Shown piece by piece: positions 45,209-58,544 of a DNA stretch of 64,000 nt. Position numbers and translations under genes: made by a program. The number at the start of each line of letters is the position of its first letter. Position 1 is the stretch's first letter. Origin of the DNA: Paraspadella gotoi (lineage: Eukaryota > Animalia > Chaetognatha); assembly GCA_051294375.1 (NCBI GenBank), contig CM119263.1:7045645-7109644 (forward strand). Direction: 5' to 3'. The notes below the pieces were generated by a model. The model saw nothing but the letters and a program-made list of their open reading frames with translations, did no database searches and was not told the origin of the DNA.

Positions 45209-46659
45209 ATTCTGTCTGTCTGTCTGTCTGTCTGTCTGTTCTGTCTGTCGTCTGTCTGTCTGTCTGTCTCTCTGTCTGTCTGTTCGTCTTGTCTTCCACC
45301 TTAGCAAAACACAATTATCGTGATATTCATGTAGATTGGAATGAGATTTGTTGTGTGCTGGTAGAAAGTGTGTGATTGGCAGGAAATAATGTTTGATGGA
45401 ATCGTCTAAAGTTAGGACTAAAGCTCTGACAAAAAAATCACAGGTTTTTTAAATATTCTCTGACGGCCAATGTAGAATGATGCCAATATTGCTACTTTTA
45501 AGTTTCAAAAATCCACATAATATAGCAAATATTAACCAAATCTTCGGAAATCCACCCCTTCTTTGGAAGTTTTCGCGCATATAAGATTTTTTCAGAATTG
45601 ACTTCCCGGTTGAAAACTCTTAGAATTCCGATCGTTAGCTCTCTTTTACTTTTACTTTAAATAAAATTTCACCAAATGGACTAATTCACTTTAACATGAT
45701 CGTATCATATCAATAACAAATGAATGTAAAGAAAATTTTGAGAGCCTTCAGAATATTGTATCAGATTCCTGATTCGCAGGTTAGTTGTAAAATGACACAT
45801 ACCTTAATGCGTTGAATTGTATTGAAAGTTGCAAATCCCTTTATTTTATATTAAAAATTGCGTCAAATATTTTCCCGAGCGGACCAGTCCATTTGAATCG
45901 AATGTTCATGTCAAAATGATGTTATTTGTCAAGGAAAAAAAATGCGAGCACCTTCAGATGCACAGGCATCGGAATCGAGTGTTTTTACATCTATTTTTTA
46001 CCTGAATTTTTCCCAGGGCTTGACATTATTTGTGTCAATTTTAACAAAATCTCCATTGAAAAGTCTTCCTCGATTTCTAGAACGACGTAGACTCCTATCT
46101 AAGTGGAATGAGTTTAAAATGGAAAAAACAATCTATTTCACTATTTGATTGCGTTTTTATTTTATATTAAATGTAAATTCAAGCTGCATTAATTAATTAA
46201 TTAATTAATTATTAATTGTGATCGAGATTTTTTTGTGATTGGAGCGGGACAAAGTGAAAACATTTTTGATACGAATAAAAAAACTTAATATTAAAATATT
46301 AATATTAATTAAATTAATTATTTAATTATCTGATCAGCTTCTTAATGATCGTGGCAGATCCGCATTGTTTGCTCAAAACTTGTTTTTATACGTTTTGATT
46401 TTATTATTAATCTTTATTACATAATATAATTAACGTATTTTCTTTATCCATTTATACTTATTCATTATTTTTTCTTCATTTTCTCTGTCATTTTTTTTCG
46501 TCCTTTTATTCTTCTATTCTTATCTCGCCTTTTCTTTTCTTCTTTCAACTCACATCCCATTTTATCTCACTTCTTCCCCCACATTCACCTCCTTTCTCCC
46601 CCCCCACTCCACCCTCCTCCCTTCTCCTTCCCCTCCCCCCAAACACTTGCACAAATCGC
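44027..46659. repeat. Inverted duplication 3: 44027-44464 versus 46242-46659, across a 25-N gap; probable artefact
   Basis: Continuous RC match with small indels. The left arm ends exactly at gap 44465-44489. Confidence 0.92.
45060..46384 (+). mobile_element. DINE-1/HINE-like repeat, longest copy, interrupted by an insertion of about 690 nt
   Basis: 5' short inverted motif atgcc...ggcat, (GTCT)n core at 45168-45285, (ATTA)n tract and a 3' end in cttgtt. Homologous to 31352-31985 and 23673-24010. Confidence 0.6.
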
Positions 46660-47881
46660 CTTTGCATGATCTCTTCTTCTCTCTCTCTCTCTCTCTTGTT
46701 CTCTAATTTTCTCTCCAGCTCCGAGCTTAATCGTTTGCCTGCTTTTTTAGCAAACTTCATTCACTCATTTTCTCATTTTCTCATTTTCTCATTTTCTCAT
46801 TTTCGCATTCTCTCATTCTCTCATTCTTTCGTTCTCTCGTTCTCTCCTCTTCGATTCTCTCGTTCTCTCTCTAATTCCAACCCTTATTAAATCCCCAGTT
46901 TTTCTTCCCTCAGGAAAAGACAATAATTGACGAAGGCATTTCGCAACTTTATTTGGTAAAGTAGATTAAAAACGCTATGGATGGCGTTTCATTCAATAAA
47001 CATATTGATAACGAAATTATTTCAATGTTTAACTTGACAGGAATTATCGTTGCCAATAGGGAAAATGAAGATAATTGATAAATTGTAGGTTTTTTAAAAA
47101 GTTTTTTCTTCTAAATTCACCTTTGAATTAATATTTCTTAGCGACCTTATCTCGTTACTTTCTTACTTCTTTCTTACTTACTTTCGTGCTCCTTTAATGA
47201 TTGAAATATTTTAATCAATAACTTTAACCTTGTTTTGTCTATAGTGGTAGTTTTCATGCAATCTTTAACTTTGTTTTGTCTTGTCTTAGATTTTTTTGAT
47301 GCTCATGTATGTACTGAATCAACCTTGTCGAATTCGAAATAAAACGCATATAATACAAACGATTACACATCGCTCGATAACACACTTACATAACACACCC
47401 AGAGCTCGCTTTTTAAGTTTAAACCATTTTTTTATGTTTTAATATTTTATGTTTTTTTGTTTTTGATTTTTTTTTATCGTAATCTTATCGATAGAGACGC
47501 GAAATCTGTTTTTTTTTTGCTTTTCTTAAGTTTTATCAAGTAAAACATCTTGACATTTAAAGGCTGAGGCGGACGACGACAAAGTGTACTTGGCGCGTTG
47601 CGATTCGTTTTTGAAGCATAAAACAATTTATGTGACGTCGTCGTCGTCGGTGTCTTTTCAAGTCTATTTTAGTTCGGTTCATTTTAAACCTTATTTCTAA
47701 GCGTCTTGCTTGGGAAGGTAAAAAACTATTTTTAAGGTTTTTTTTTTTTTTCAATATTCGGTCTAAAATAAGTATGATACCGTTCTTAATGACATAATTC
47801 AATAAATTTTTTTATTCAAACTAGCGACGTTTACGTTTTTTGTGGCAAAAAAAAAATTTGAATCTCTAAAATTAAAAGAAG

Positions 47882-47963
47882 AAATTAAATTAAAAAAATA
47901 AATTAAATTAAAAAAATAAATTAAATTAAAAAAAATAAATTAAATTAAAAAAATAAATTAAAT
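47882..47963. repeat. Tandem 18-19-nt AT unit (aaattaaattaaaaaaat), about 4.5 copies
   Basis: Directly visible. Confidence 0.9.
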
Positions 47964-48380
47964 CTCTCAGCATTAAAAATCCATTTTTATTTCGCAATAT
48001 ATTACTTACTAAGCTATTGGATCTTGAAAAAAAAACGCGCTACTATCAATGATAATTAGTTAATCATTATCTTTTTTTTTCTCTCCGATAATTTAGTTAA
48101 ATTCCTTTTTATGGCGCCAGTTGTACAGCTCTTGCTCTTTTTTTTTACTCAGCATTTCTATTTAATTTTGAATTTCTCCATAAAAAGAAAGCCAACTAAT
48201 TGAGTTCCGTTTTTAAAAAATGTATTTATTTTTTTTTCAATCTGAGATAAAAGATTGGAAAGACAAATAGATTCTTTGCTCGAATTAATGGGGGAGGATT
48301 TCTTATCTGCTTTTCAATTTTATAAATGATCTTTAAAGGTTTTAAAATAATATCAACTGTAATGAACATGATCTTTTAGC

Positions 48381-48438
<58 letters not shown>

Positions 48439-48704
48439 CTGTTTATGTTTTCTTTATAATTCTATCGCCGTTTATTTTTTGACTTTTTCATCTCTTCCTC
48501 TTTTATTTTTCTCCTTTCTCCCTTTATTTTTTGCCCATATCATCCGCTAACGCCATCTTAATCTTTATCCTCGACATTTTCTTTAATTCTTTTGCTTCGT
48601 GAGCGGAATGACGTAAAAAGAAAACGAATTTGTTTCGAAAAAAAAGAAAGAAAGGAATAAATCGATTCGTGATTGGTTGNNNNNNNNNNNNNNNNNNNNN
48701 NNNN

Positions 48705-49746
48705 GATCAGCTATAAATGTAATCCAGTCCAACTCCGTGCATTCGGACTTCAATTCCATATGTACGTCCAAAATTCCATGGGCCATTGCCAGACTTTGAA
48801 TTGTTGGTTGTGAAAAAGAAGTGGGAATCTGCTCAGGTTGAAAGGCTGTCGGATCGGATAGGGTCATTGGGAAGAGAGTGGCTGGTAAGAAAAATTAGGG
48901 TTGTCGGGCGGTGAAGTCTGTCAGGTGACCGGAGCGTGGCAGTTGATGGCGGTTGCCAATAGGGCCGCCTTTCACTCTGATAATCAGAAAACTGGAAAAC
49001 CCTGATGCTCTTTGGCGATGAGAAGCGAAACGCTATCTCTCTCACACGCACCCTCTTTCTTTTTCTTTGTGATAGAGTCGACGTGAAAATTATTAAATAT
49101 TTTATGCGAATTGAATAGTATCTATTATTGCGATAAAAGTTTAAAAATGCATGTATTTCTCCTTTGTCCTCTTATTTCTTCGTCCCAAAATTCCTAAGCC
49201 CCTCTTTCATCTCCACTCTCTCCCCTTCTTCCCCCTTTCGCGAGTTGAGATTCAGTCGCTCTCTCTCTCTCTCTCTTTCTCCCCTCTTCTCTCCTCTCTC
49301 TCTCTTCCTCTCTCTCTCTCCTCTCTTCTCTCTCTTCTCTCTCTCTCTCTCTGTCTCTTTCTCTCTCTCTTCCTTCGTTCGCGCATCAGGATTCATCGAA
49401 AGACCAGCGCTCGTCCGTCGGAGAAAATCCATGATCCTCCCCCCTCCAAAGCCCCCCATCCATCCCCCCCACCCACCGCCCCCGCCCTACCTAAATCCAC
49501 GCCCTTCCTTCGTCGTTGACCACCCCGGTTGTCGACCACTGACCAGTGACCACCGCCGCTTCCTCTGGAAACCACAACCCAGAGAACCCGAGTTCTAAAT
49601 GGAAAACCCTCTTTTCCATCTTGATTGGTTTCGCGTGTCATTAGACTCGATTGCTAGAGGGAGTAGGAGGAGAGAGAGAGAGAGAGAGAGAGAGAGCAGA
49701 CGTGAGTAGATAAGAGAGAGAGAGACGGAGAAGAGAGAGGAGAGAG

Positions 49747-49800
<54 letters not shown>

Positions 49801-51111
49801 AGAATAGAATCAGGATCAGGTTTGTAAGAAAAAAAAATTTGGCACATGGAACGGGTCATTTTGACGACGGCGGCGAATCTGATCGTGGATTAGATTATGG
49901 CAGGTTTGTTAGTGGGGTTAAAAAGGAGAAGAGGGGGGAGATGTAAAGAGGAGCGTGGATAGGTGATAAAGAACGATTCTCATTAATGGTTTAAGATTTA
50001 AAGTTATGTCATGAAAATAGGAAGAGGTTCAATTGCGAAGAGAGTGAAATTATGTTTATCATTATAAGATAGGAGTGGATAACTCTGAATTGCCATTTGC
50101 TAAGTTAATGGGGATAGAGTAGAGAAAAAGAAAGCTCTGAATTAAATTAATAGGGGGAAAAGTTATCGCGAGGGCTTAAAGCCTCAGGCAAATGGATCGA
50201 GATTATGATTAGGGGAAGGGTTAAGGAAAGTATTGAGTGCGTGAGTGGGAAAGGAAGGAAGGTTTGGAGATTGAGGTCATAAAAATAACTAGAGCTAATG
50301 CAGAAAGAAAATTTATCGATCGGCTAAACAATATCACGAGAAATTTATGATATTACGACGAATTACGCGAAATCAATGGCTCTGATTATGACGGAAAAAA
50401 ATTCAAAGAATTCATACATCCGCTCTTTCCGTGTTTTTCCATCGATCCGTTAAAAATGGCTTATTTTTCTCAGCTAATCACGAACCGATTTATTTCTCCT
50501 TTTCTTTTTTTTTCTCAGCCATCACGTACCGATCTACTCTCTCTCTTTTTATCTTCAACTGCCAACACGAATCTGAATCTCAACTCGCGAAGGGGGAAGA
50601 AGGGGAGAGAGATGGAGATGAAAGAGGGGCTTAGGAATTTTGGGACGAAGAAATAGAAAGGACAAAAGGAGAAATACATGCATTTTTAAACTTTTATCGC
50701 AATAATACTATTCAATTCGCATAAAATATTTAATAATTTTCACGTCGACTCTATCACAAAGAAAAAAGAAAGAGGGTGCGTGTGAGAGAGATAGCGTTTC
50801 GCTTCTCATCGCCAAGAGCATCAGGGTTTTCCAGTTTTCTGATTATCAGAGTGAAAGGCGCCTCATTGGCCACCGCCATCAACTGCCACGCCTTCCGGTC
50901 ACCTGACAGACTTCACCGCCCGACAACCCTAATTTCTTACCAGCCCACTCTCTTCCCAATGACCCTATCCGATCCGACAGCCTTTCAACCTGAGCAGATT
51001 CCCCACTTCTTTATTCACAACCAACAATTCAAAGTCTGGCAATGGCCCATGGAATTTTGGACGTACATATGGAATTGATCGAAACGGTTGATGGCATTCA
51101 TTTATGCTGAT
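48705..51111. repeat. Inverted duplication 4: 48705-49255 versus 50573-51111, starting at a 25-N gap; probable artefact
   Basis: Continuous RC match. The ORF track also shows near-identical ORFs at 48833-49051 (-) and 50776-51078 (+). Confidence 0.93.
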
Positions 51112-52174
51112 GATGATGGTCAATAGTCATCAAGTTTGCAAGAAGGGTAACCAGAACTCTTCTGCTTTTTCACGCAGAGCAAATCTGGCACACACCTTTC
51201 CACCTCCTTACCCTTCCTCACCATCGCAACGGCGTCATGGAGGCGACCATCATCTCATCGACCTTCGCTGCCGCCTCTGACGATTTCGACCTCAGTAACG
51301 GGGTCAGGTAACGCCGCTTCCATCGCCTACTTCTGCCGCCCGTGCTGCCGCCGCCGCTGCTGCCGACCCTGCTGCCAACCTTTCAGTAGTCTCCGATAGA
51401 AACATTGAAAAAACTTTTAAACTCTTCTAATTTCCTTGGCTGAGACTCTTTTTAACTCGCTGTGACTTTCTGTGATTTTTTGTGAAGTGCTGTGAATCGT
51501 TGTCACTCCTCTCCACCCCCAAATCACTCCTTAAACTACTCCAACGAATCTAGACCACCGCTTTCCCAATCTATTCTGGGTCTTCTTTTTCTAAACGCTC
51601 GACCCATTGAACGCGACCAACCGACCGGCGATTCCCTTTTTTTTCCTTCCCTCAAATCTGTTTGCCAATGCAACCACGCTGACCTCTACTAAAAAAAAAA
51701 CCAACAAAAGACAATCGCTCACAAACTCATGTTTTACCATCATTTTCACATCGTCTTCGTTTCGCTACATATTTTATAAGAACAAAAGAAAGAGATGATA
51801 CTATCTCGCGCTCGCTTAGTATTTCGAGCTAAGACCGCGAACTTTCGCACTTTGGGTAATTGCAGGATGCGAATAGCGGCGACCCCGGTCGGCTATTAAT
51901 ACCTCTTCGGTAAATTGAGAGAGAGAGAAAGAGAGAGAGAGTGAGCGTCGGCCATAGCGGCTCGAAAATGCAAATTAGATTTCGGCAATCGAGAGGCGAG
52001 GTCGAACAGGAATCTCAGCCTCTAAGACGGCTCCCCCCCTCTCTCTCCCCTCCTCCTCTTCTTCTTTTCTGGAAAACGAGACTGATAGATTTAAAATTGT
52101 TAAACTTATTTTTTATTGTATGTTTGCGCGCTCAAAGGGCTAGACGAGAGGGAAAGGAAGAGAGGGTGTAACAA

Positions 52175-52226
<52 letters not shown>

Positions 52227-52988
52227 CGAAAGAGGAGGCCACCCGTTCCCCGAGGTCATAATCATCATTATCTTCATCCTCACAAATTGAGACTTTTTTA
52301 TGTGGGCGGGGAAATAGGAGAAGGAGGAAGAGGAAGAAGAGGAGGAAGAGGAAGAGAGAGAAATGTGAGCAAAAAGTAGCACCGGGGTTTTCGCCCAAAA
52401 GCAAAACGAAAGCTGTTATCGCACTTATGCGCTTTCACGATATCTAATTGCAAATAAAAACATCAAATGAATAAAAGAGCAAAGATCCGTTAAACGGTTT
52501 CGTGATTTTTTCCTCTCCCTCTCTCTCTCTCTCTTTCTCTTTCTCTCTCTCTCTCTGTCTCTGTCTCTCTCTCGCACGCGAGCCTCGCAGTCGTCAAGTC
52601 GTAAGTCTGCCTCTGCGCGCGCCATAACGCGTTAATGAGAAGAGAAAACCGGGACTGAAAAGGAAATGCGCGCCGGCGCGGATTGTCGGTGCGAGGCTTC
52701 GTGGGGGGGGGGTCGGTTTGTGGATGAGGGCTGTGTCGTAAATAAAAGGCCCGTGCGCTTTTAAACTATCCCACTATCAACTATGATGAGTTTAATTGAA
52801 ATTGAGAGCCTCTATACCAAATAAGACAGAACCAAAAAAGATCAGTAGCGGGAATGAAGTTAATCCTGAATGGAAAGGAATTACATATTAAAAGTTAAAG
52901 AAAGAAAGAGATTAAATAAAAATTAAGGGAAAAGGGATTAGAAACTGAAAGGGAAAAAAAAAAGGATTTATCGAAGATGGAGAGGAGA

Positions 52989-53090
52989 ATTTTAATCAAT
53001 AACGGAGATATGAAATCGAGCTGGGCTCAAAAGANNNNNNNNNNTTTAATCAATAACGGAAATATGAAATCGAGCTGGGCTCAAAAGATG
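52989..53090. other. Unmerged contig overlap around the 10-N gap 53035-53044
   Basis: tttaatcaataacgga.atatgaaatcgagctgggctcaaaaga occurs on both sides of the gap. Confidence 0.9.
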
Positions 53091-53650
53091 GAAAGATGAG
53101 ATGAAAAGGGAATTAAATGTGGAGGGAAAGAGATGGAAAAAGATGGAATGTATAAAGAAAAAAGGAAAGAAAAAAGATCTTATTTTTTGGGTTGAAACAG
53201 TTTTGTGATCTCGGCCGTTGTCGCCGCCGCCAATGTCGACAACGAAATCACACACAGAGACAAGACAAGAAAAAAAATTACCAACAATTTCCAATCTTGC
53301 GAATGAAAAAAACGTCGTGATATTGGCACGACTCGTTTTCCAATACCGGCTCATTTATGTTCGTAATCGCTGAATTTAATTTTAACAATTTTAACAATTT
53401 TTAAAAAAATTGCCAATGGCCTAGTGTAAATGTTAGGTACCATCATGATAATATTTACTCCCAATTTTCATTGGTATACTTAATACTTATCCAATTTACT
53501 GTATCCGCGATTGATCCCTAATTGTTGAATTTTAAGGAATTACCGTTTTATTTGTAGTGCTATTAGTGCTATTAGTCTTGCTCAATGCTTATTTATCGTT
53601 TGAACTGTCAAATTGTTTCTTTTTTTTCAGAAAAAAAAATACTGAAAGGA

Positions 53651-53760
53651 ATCCCTAACCGTAATCCCTAACCGTAATCCCAAACACGAATCCCTACACC
53701 CTAATCCCAACCCTTAACCAAATCTCTATTTATATCCCTAACCTAATCCCCTAACCTAAT
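53651..53760. repeat. Degenerate interstitial (CCCTAA)-like array
   Basis: atccctaaccgtaatccctaaccgtaatcccaaac...ccctaacctaatcccctaacctaat. Confidence 0.6.
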
Positions 53761-54251
53761 CTTTAAATTTCAAAATTTATTTAATTCTGAATTTAACCTA
53801 AAATGAGGCACATTTTGCAAATATTGCCCAGATACTATTTCATGATTTTGTCTCATGAATAGGAAACGACCTCTGAAAAAAAAAAAACATTCAGAAAAAC
53901 TCTCTTCACCAAGATGTCGATATAAAACTACAGGCGACGTTCAATATATGAGCCGGAGGTTTTTTTTTTCCGATCTCCTGATTTATTGTCCATTTTTCGG
54001 TCGTTGTCAAATATCTGAGAACAAAAATATGACGTAATATTCGATATTTTTCCCACAATTTTTGGCGAAACGTTTCTCCTATCGGAAATTCTCGTAGTGG
54101 CCGTCGGCGTTGTTCTTTTTTTTTAGCTAGAGGTTATTGATTCTACGTCGTTGTCGTTGTCGTTGTCGTTGTCNNNNNNNNNNCGAGTCTCCACTTCGAC
54201 TTTTGGTTTTATTCCCTCCGAAGATTTTGAAGCGGAGGTCAAGGATCGAGG

Positions 54252-54343
<92 letters not shown>

Positions 54344-54746
54344 GAGAGAGAGCGGAGGCAGAGGGAGGAATGAGAGAAAGTTAAAGAATATTGGAGTAAG
54401 AAGAGACATCACACGGCCGTAACCCTTTGTCGTGATTAGGTCTCACGTGTGACGAACGTCAAGGATATTTTCTCATCGATGATACGTAAACTAACGTGCA
54501 AAACTCTATCCTTTCCTACACTGGACATTAGATTTAACTTTATAACAAAAAGAAATAAAATGATATCACAGGAAAAACTAGGAAAGAGTAAAAGCTAATG
54601 TCTTAAAAAAAAGTCTGACCAGATTCCATCGCCGGATTTTCTTTCGCTCCATCGACCGAAACACGTCGAAGACGACGTTACAGTTTTATGGTAAACAGTA
54701 AAACGCGAGCGATGAAGCGATGAACTTCGCGCGAACGGCGGCCACT

Positions 54747-55026
54747 GTCACGTGACGAGGAAACAAAGGGAACTCGATCGTTTATGTCGACTGGCGAGAG
54801 ACGATCCGACTCGCGGATGTTGGGAGCGAAATGGGAAGAGACCGGTCGGGAAAGATTTTCGGCGCTCGAGCGAAGTGAATCTCGATGCCATAACAAGTCG
54901 ATCACGTGATCAAGAAGCTTTCATCACGTGACCAAGGCTCTTTTATCACGTGACTAATTCGGATCTACTGTCCGTCCCGCCATAATCGAGCGAGACTCGA
55001 CGCGCGCTTTTTTTCGAAGGTCTTCG

Positions 55027-55064
<38 letters not shown>

Positions 55065-55220
55065 GGAAAAGGACTAAAATCCGTAGGTGGCGCTCGTGGG
55101 GCCGGGTAAGGGAAAGGGTTAGTGAACGAGCGACTCGCGTGGGCGTGGAGAATGGGCGTGGCGATTCAGGAGGTGTGATGGAGAAGCGTGGGGCCGAGGC
55201 GTGGATAAAGGGCGTGGCTG
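54747..55220 (+). promoter_or_regulatory. CpG-rich promoter-like island: four TCACGTGA, (GCC)n, CCGGAA, a CTCF-like site, three GGGCGTGG and a candidate donor
   Basis: TCACGTGA at 54748, 54902, 54924 and 54946; ccggaa at 55063; ccgtaggtggcgct at 55081; gtaagg at 55106; gggcgtgg at 55141, 55154 and 55210. Confidence 0.45.
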
Positions 55221-58094
55221 AGCTCGTCAAAAAAAATTTAAAACTTTTAGTGGGTTTGTTATGGTTAAGATGGGAAAGTGCAGGCAGGGTGAATAGAAAT
55301 CCCGAGATGCAGTCGTGGGTAACTTCGATAAAAATTTGGAATTTAAATATGAAAATTTTCAAAATTACATGTTTCACTATTTTCTATTTTTATAATTTAT
55401 AATATTAATGTTCAAGGCTTTACTATTTAATCTATATTATTTAATTATATATATATATATTTTTTAAATTTTTACCTATTATTATATCTCATAATTCATT
55501 ATTGATAGGGGAAGGTCAGGGTTGTCCTCTGGAAATAGAGGGAGCATCTATACAACACAAGGTTAGAGAACAATCTGTCCTAGTTTTATAAGAGATATCA
55601 TACATCATTCCTATTATAAAGTCATTCATGAGAATTCATAATATCTTAGTGGCTGCACAGAAAAGGGTGCGATTGGATAATATGATTTTTTTTACCAAAA
55701 GGTAACATTTAAGCCCAACATTGATTAAAAGAATCATGCATGATAAAGAGGAGTGTAGAGGTAGACAGTAGACAGGGGAACGGGCTCTTCGGATGCCCGG
55801 GAAAAACTCACGGGGCTAAAAAAATTCATATGAAAAAAAATATAAGAGGAACAATAACTTTTAATCTTATTAAATAGCAGTAAGAAATCTTAAAATACAA
55901 AATTTATAAGATTCTTGTGTTGATAAGATTGAGTTAATTGTAAAGTTAATTGAAAAGTTACTGAAGGGACTAGCCACTGGAAAGTTATATAAACTCTATT
56001 AAGACTTGTTAGGTGCAGTCATGGGTAACAAGGTAAAGCGCCTTCTTGATGTTACGTCGATGAGGGATGCAGTCATGAGTGACTGAAACTGCCGGGACGT
56101 GATTGCCCCTCAGAGGTGCAGTCACGGGCGCTGGAATGATGTTTGTCGATGGGCGGGAAATCCCAACGATTCTAAGGACGATGCAGCGATTAAGGCGGAC
56201 ATTAACGACGCCCGGATTTAAGAAGGAGAATCGGGAATGTGAGAGAAGGAAACGAGGGTGGAGATCCGGATGTGAGAGGAGGAAAATGAGGACGAGACCC
56301 GGATGTGATAGCTGAGAGGGGTAGACGGGACGGGATGAGACACGGATATCGTCTTAAAACGGTTCTTTGAGATCTAATTTAATTCCTGGGAACAAATTTA
56401 AAGAAATTTAGCCATTTAATACGCTTTTGCAGCTCCGAATACCGACCCAACAAGGCACAACCCACTTCGATTAACTTTAAGTTCTCGCTCTCCCTTCCCA
56501 TTTTACATCCGCTTCTACAACCGCTTCTACTGCACCGCTTTGACCGCACCTCCTGCCAATAATATCAGCAATATCGCTTCGTTTTTTTCTTTTCCTTTAA
56601 TCCTTCAGACGACTTCCACTTGCGCTCCTGCCTTTTACCTCCGTTGCGAACGTATCGTTTATCGCTTCAGCTCCTTTTTCCGCTCCTTCCTCATTCCCCA
56701 TCGCTTCCGCTTCCGCTTCCGCTTCTTCCGTCCCTCGTTTCCTTCCAACTAGACGCGACGTCAAAACCGCGGGGATTAATTTCTCCGCTTAAGCCCGTTT
56801 AAATACCAGCGCCGACGACGTGACCGGGTTTTCGTCGGATCGACCGAGCGACCGACCGACCGACCGTGCGCTCGGCAGCCCGACAGCCCGACCGCCACGG
56901 GCACAGTTACTCCCGCGGCCTGTAACAACCGACTTCCATGAATTTTTTATCGGGAGATTTTACGATAAAAAAAAATTGGGACTCGGGTATACATCCTTGC
57001 CAAGGCTTGTGGTTTTTTGTAATTTTTTTAAAATTTTTATTCAAAGCGAAGCGAATTTTTGAAGTGCAGTCGTTGAAACGAAATTTTAACCACTTGGGGG
57101 GGGGGGAATACGATTAAATTCTATGTCTTTAAATGCGTTCTTACCTTTTATTTACTTAAACAAAATACATTATTTTAGTCGAACGTTGCATGAAAGTTAC
57201 TTAACAAAACCTTTCTTTCTGAATAATACGAAATACTTGAGTTTTTGAGGATATTATTCTGGCCATATTGGGCTATTGAATCAGTTTAATGACCAATAAC
57301 TCCTGAGACGGTGGAGTTTCCTGTCTCTCTAACTGTTTCTCGATGCCTCTCTCTCTCTCNNNNNNNNNNNNNNNNNNNNNNNNNCTCTCTCTCTTCCTCT
57401 CTCCCTCTCTCTCTCCTCTCTTCTCTCTCTCTCTCTCTTTTTAAATCTTTTTTTGGTCACCTATTATTTCGATTCGACCCCTCTCAACTTTTTCTTCTCT
57501 CTATCTCCTTACCCTACTTCCTCATCTCATCCTTTTTTCTCCTCCTCTTCCTCTCTCGCTCACTCTCTTCCTTTCCTCTTCTCTTCCTCTCCTTCTTCCT
57601 CCATCCCTTATCTGCTTCTTTCGCTTTATGCTTTCCAATTCTCCCCCCCACCCCCATCTCTTTTCGTTGGCGTACATTCTTCGGCGGCGAAGTTATTAAT
57701 CATGTTTTTTCCTTTTTTTTTTTCGTTCAGTCTTGCCTACTTTTTTTTATCTTTCGTTATCTCCTCTCCTCTGTATCTTCCTGTCTCCTCTCTCTTCTTC
57801 TCTCAGGCTCTCCTCTCTCTCCTTACTTCTCTTTCTTCCTTCTCTCGTCTTGCTCTCTCTCTCCTCTGCTCTCTCCTCTCTCTTCTCTTTCACATTGTTA
57901 TGTCCACGACGAGAGAGTCTCCAAAAACACTCCTCAATCATCTTTTGTCACCATTTCCCCGCACCTTTTCTTTCCAAATCGTGTACGTAAACATGGTAAC
58001 TGGAGGAACGTCGTCGACAAGACCGACGGTTGCCTCGGCGGATACCGGTCACGCCACACACACCGCTCGCGGGTAAGGTCACCCAGACCGTAAT

Positions 58095-58544
58095 TGACGA
58101 GTGATAATTGGGTGGAGGAGAAAGGGAGCAGAAAGGGAAGAGAAGAGGGACGAGGGAAAAAAGGGGCAAAAGAGTGGGAGAAAGAAAACGAATTAATAAA
58201 GGGGAAGCGAGGAGGAGTGAGAGGAGGAGGAGGAAGGGGAAGAAATAGCAGATGAGAAAAAAACGAGGCTTTTAATGGTAATGTTCTCTTGTATTAAGCG
58301 TAGAAAGGAGGAGGATTTTTAAAGAGGAGAGAGAGAGGGAGAGAGAGAGAGAGAGAAGAGAGGAGGAGGAGAGAGAGAGAGAGAGAGAGAGAGAAGTCAC
58401 CGCCGTATGACGAGTGATAATTGGGTGGAGGAGGAAGAGGAGCAGGAAGGGGAGGAAGAGGACGAGGGAAAAAAGGAAAAGAGTGGGAGAAGAAACGAAT
58501 TAAAAGGGAGGAAGAGGAGGAGGAGAAGGAGGAAGAGGAGGGGA
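58095..58544. repeat. Direct duplication of about 140 nt (58095-58240 and 58408-58544) between two gaps; probable artefact
   Basis: tgacgagtgataattgggtggaggag...gagtgggaga..aaacgaatta occurs twice with indel differences. Confidence 0.8.

Noticed and set aside
50776-51390. A protein-coding region
   Set aside because: The two copies disagree by frameshifts and no frame gives a recognisable protein.
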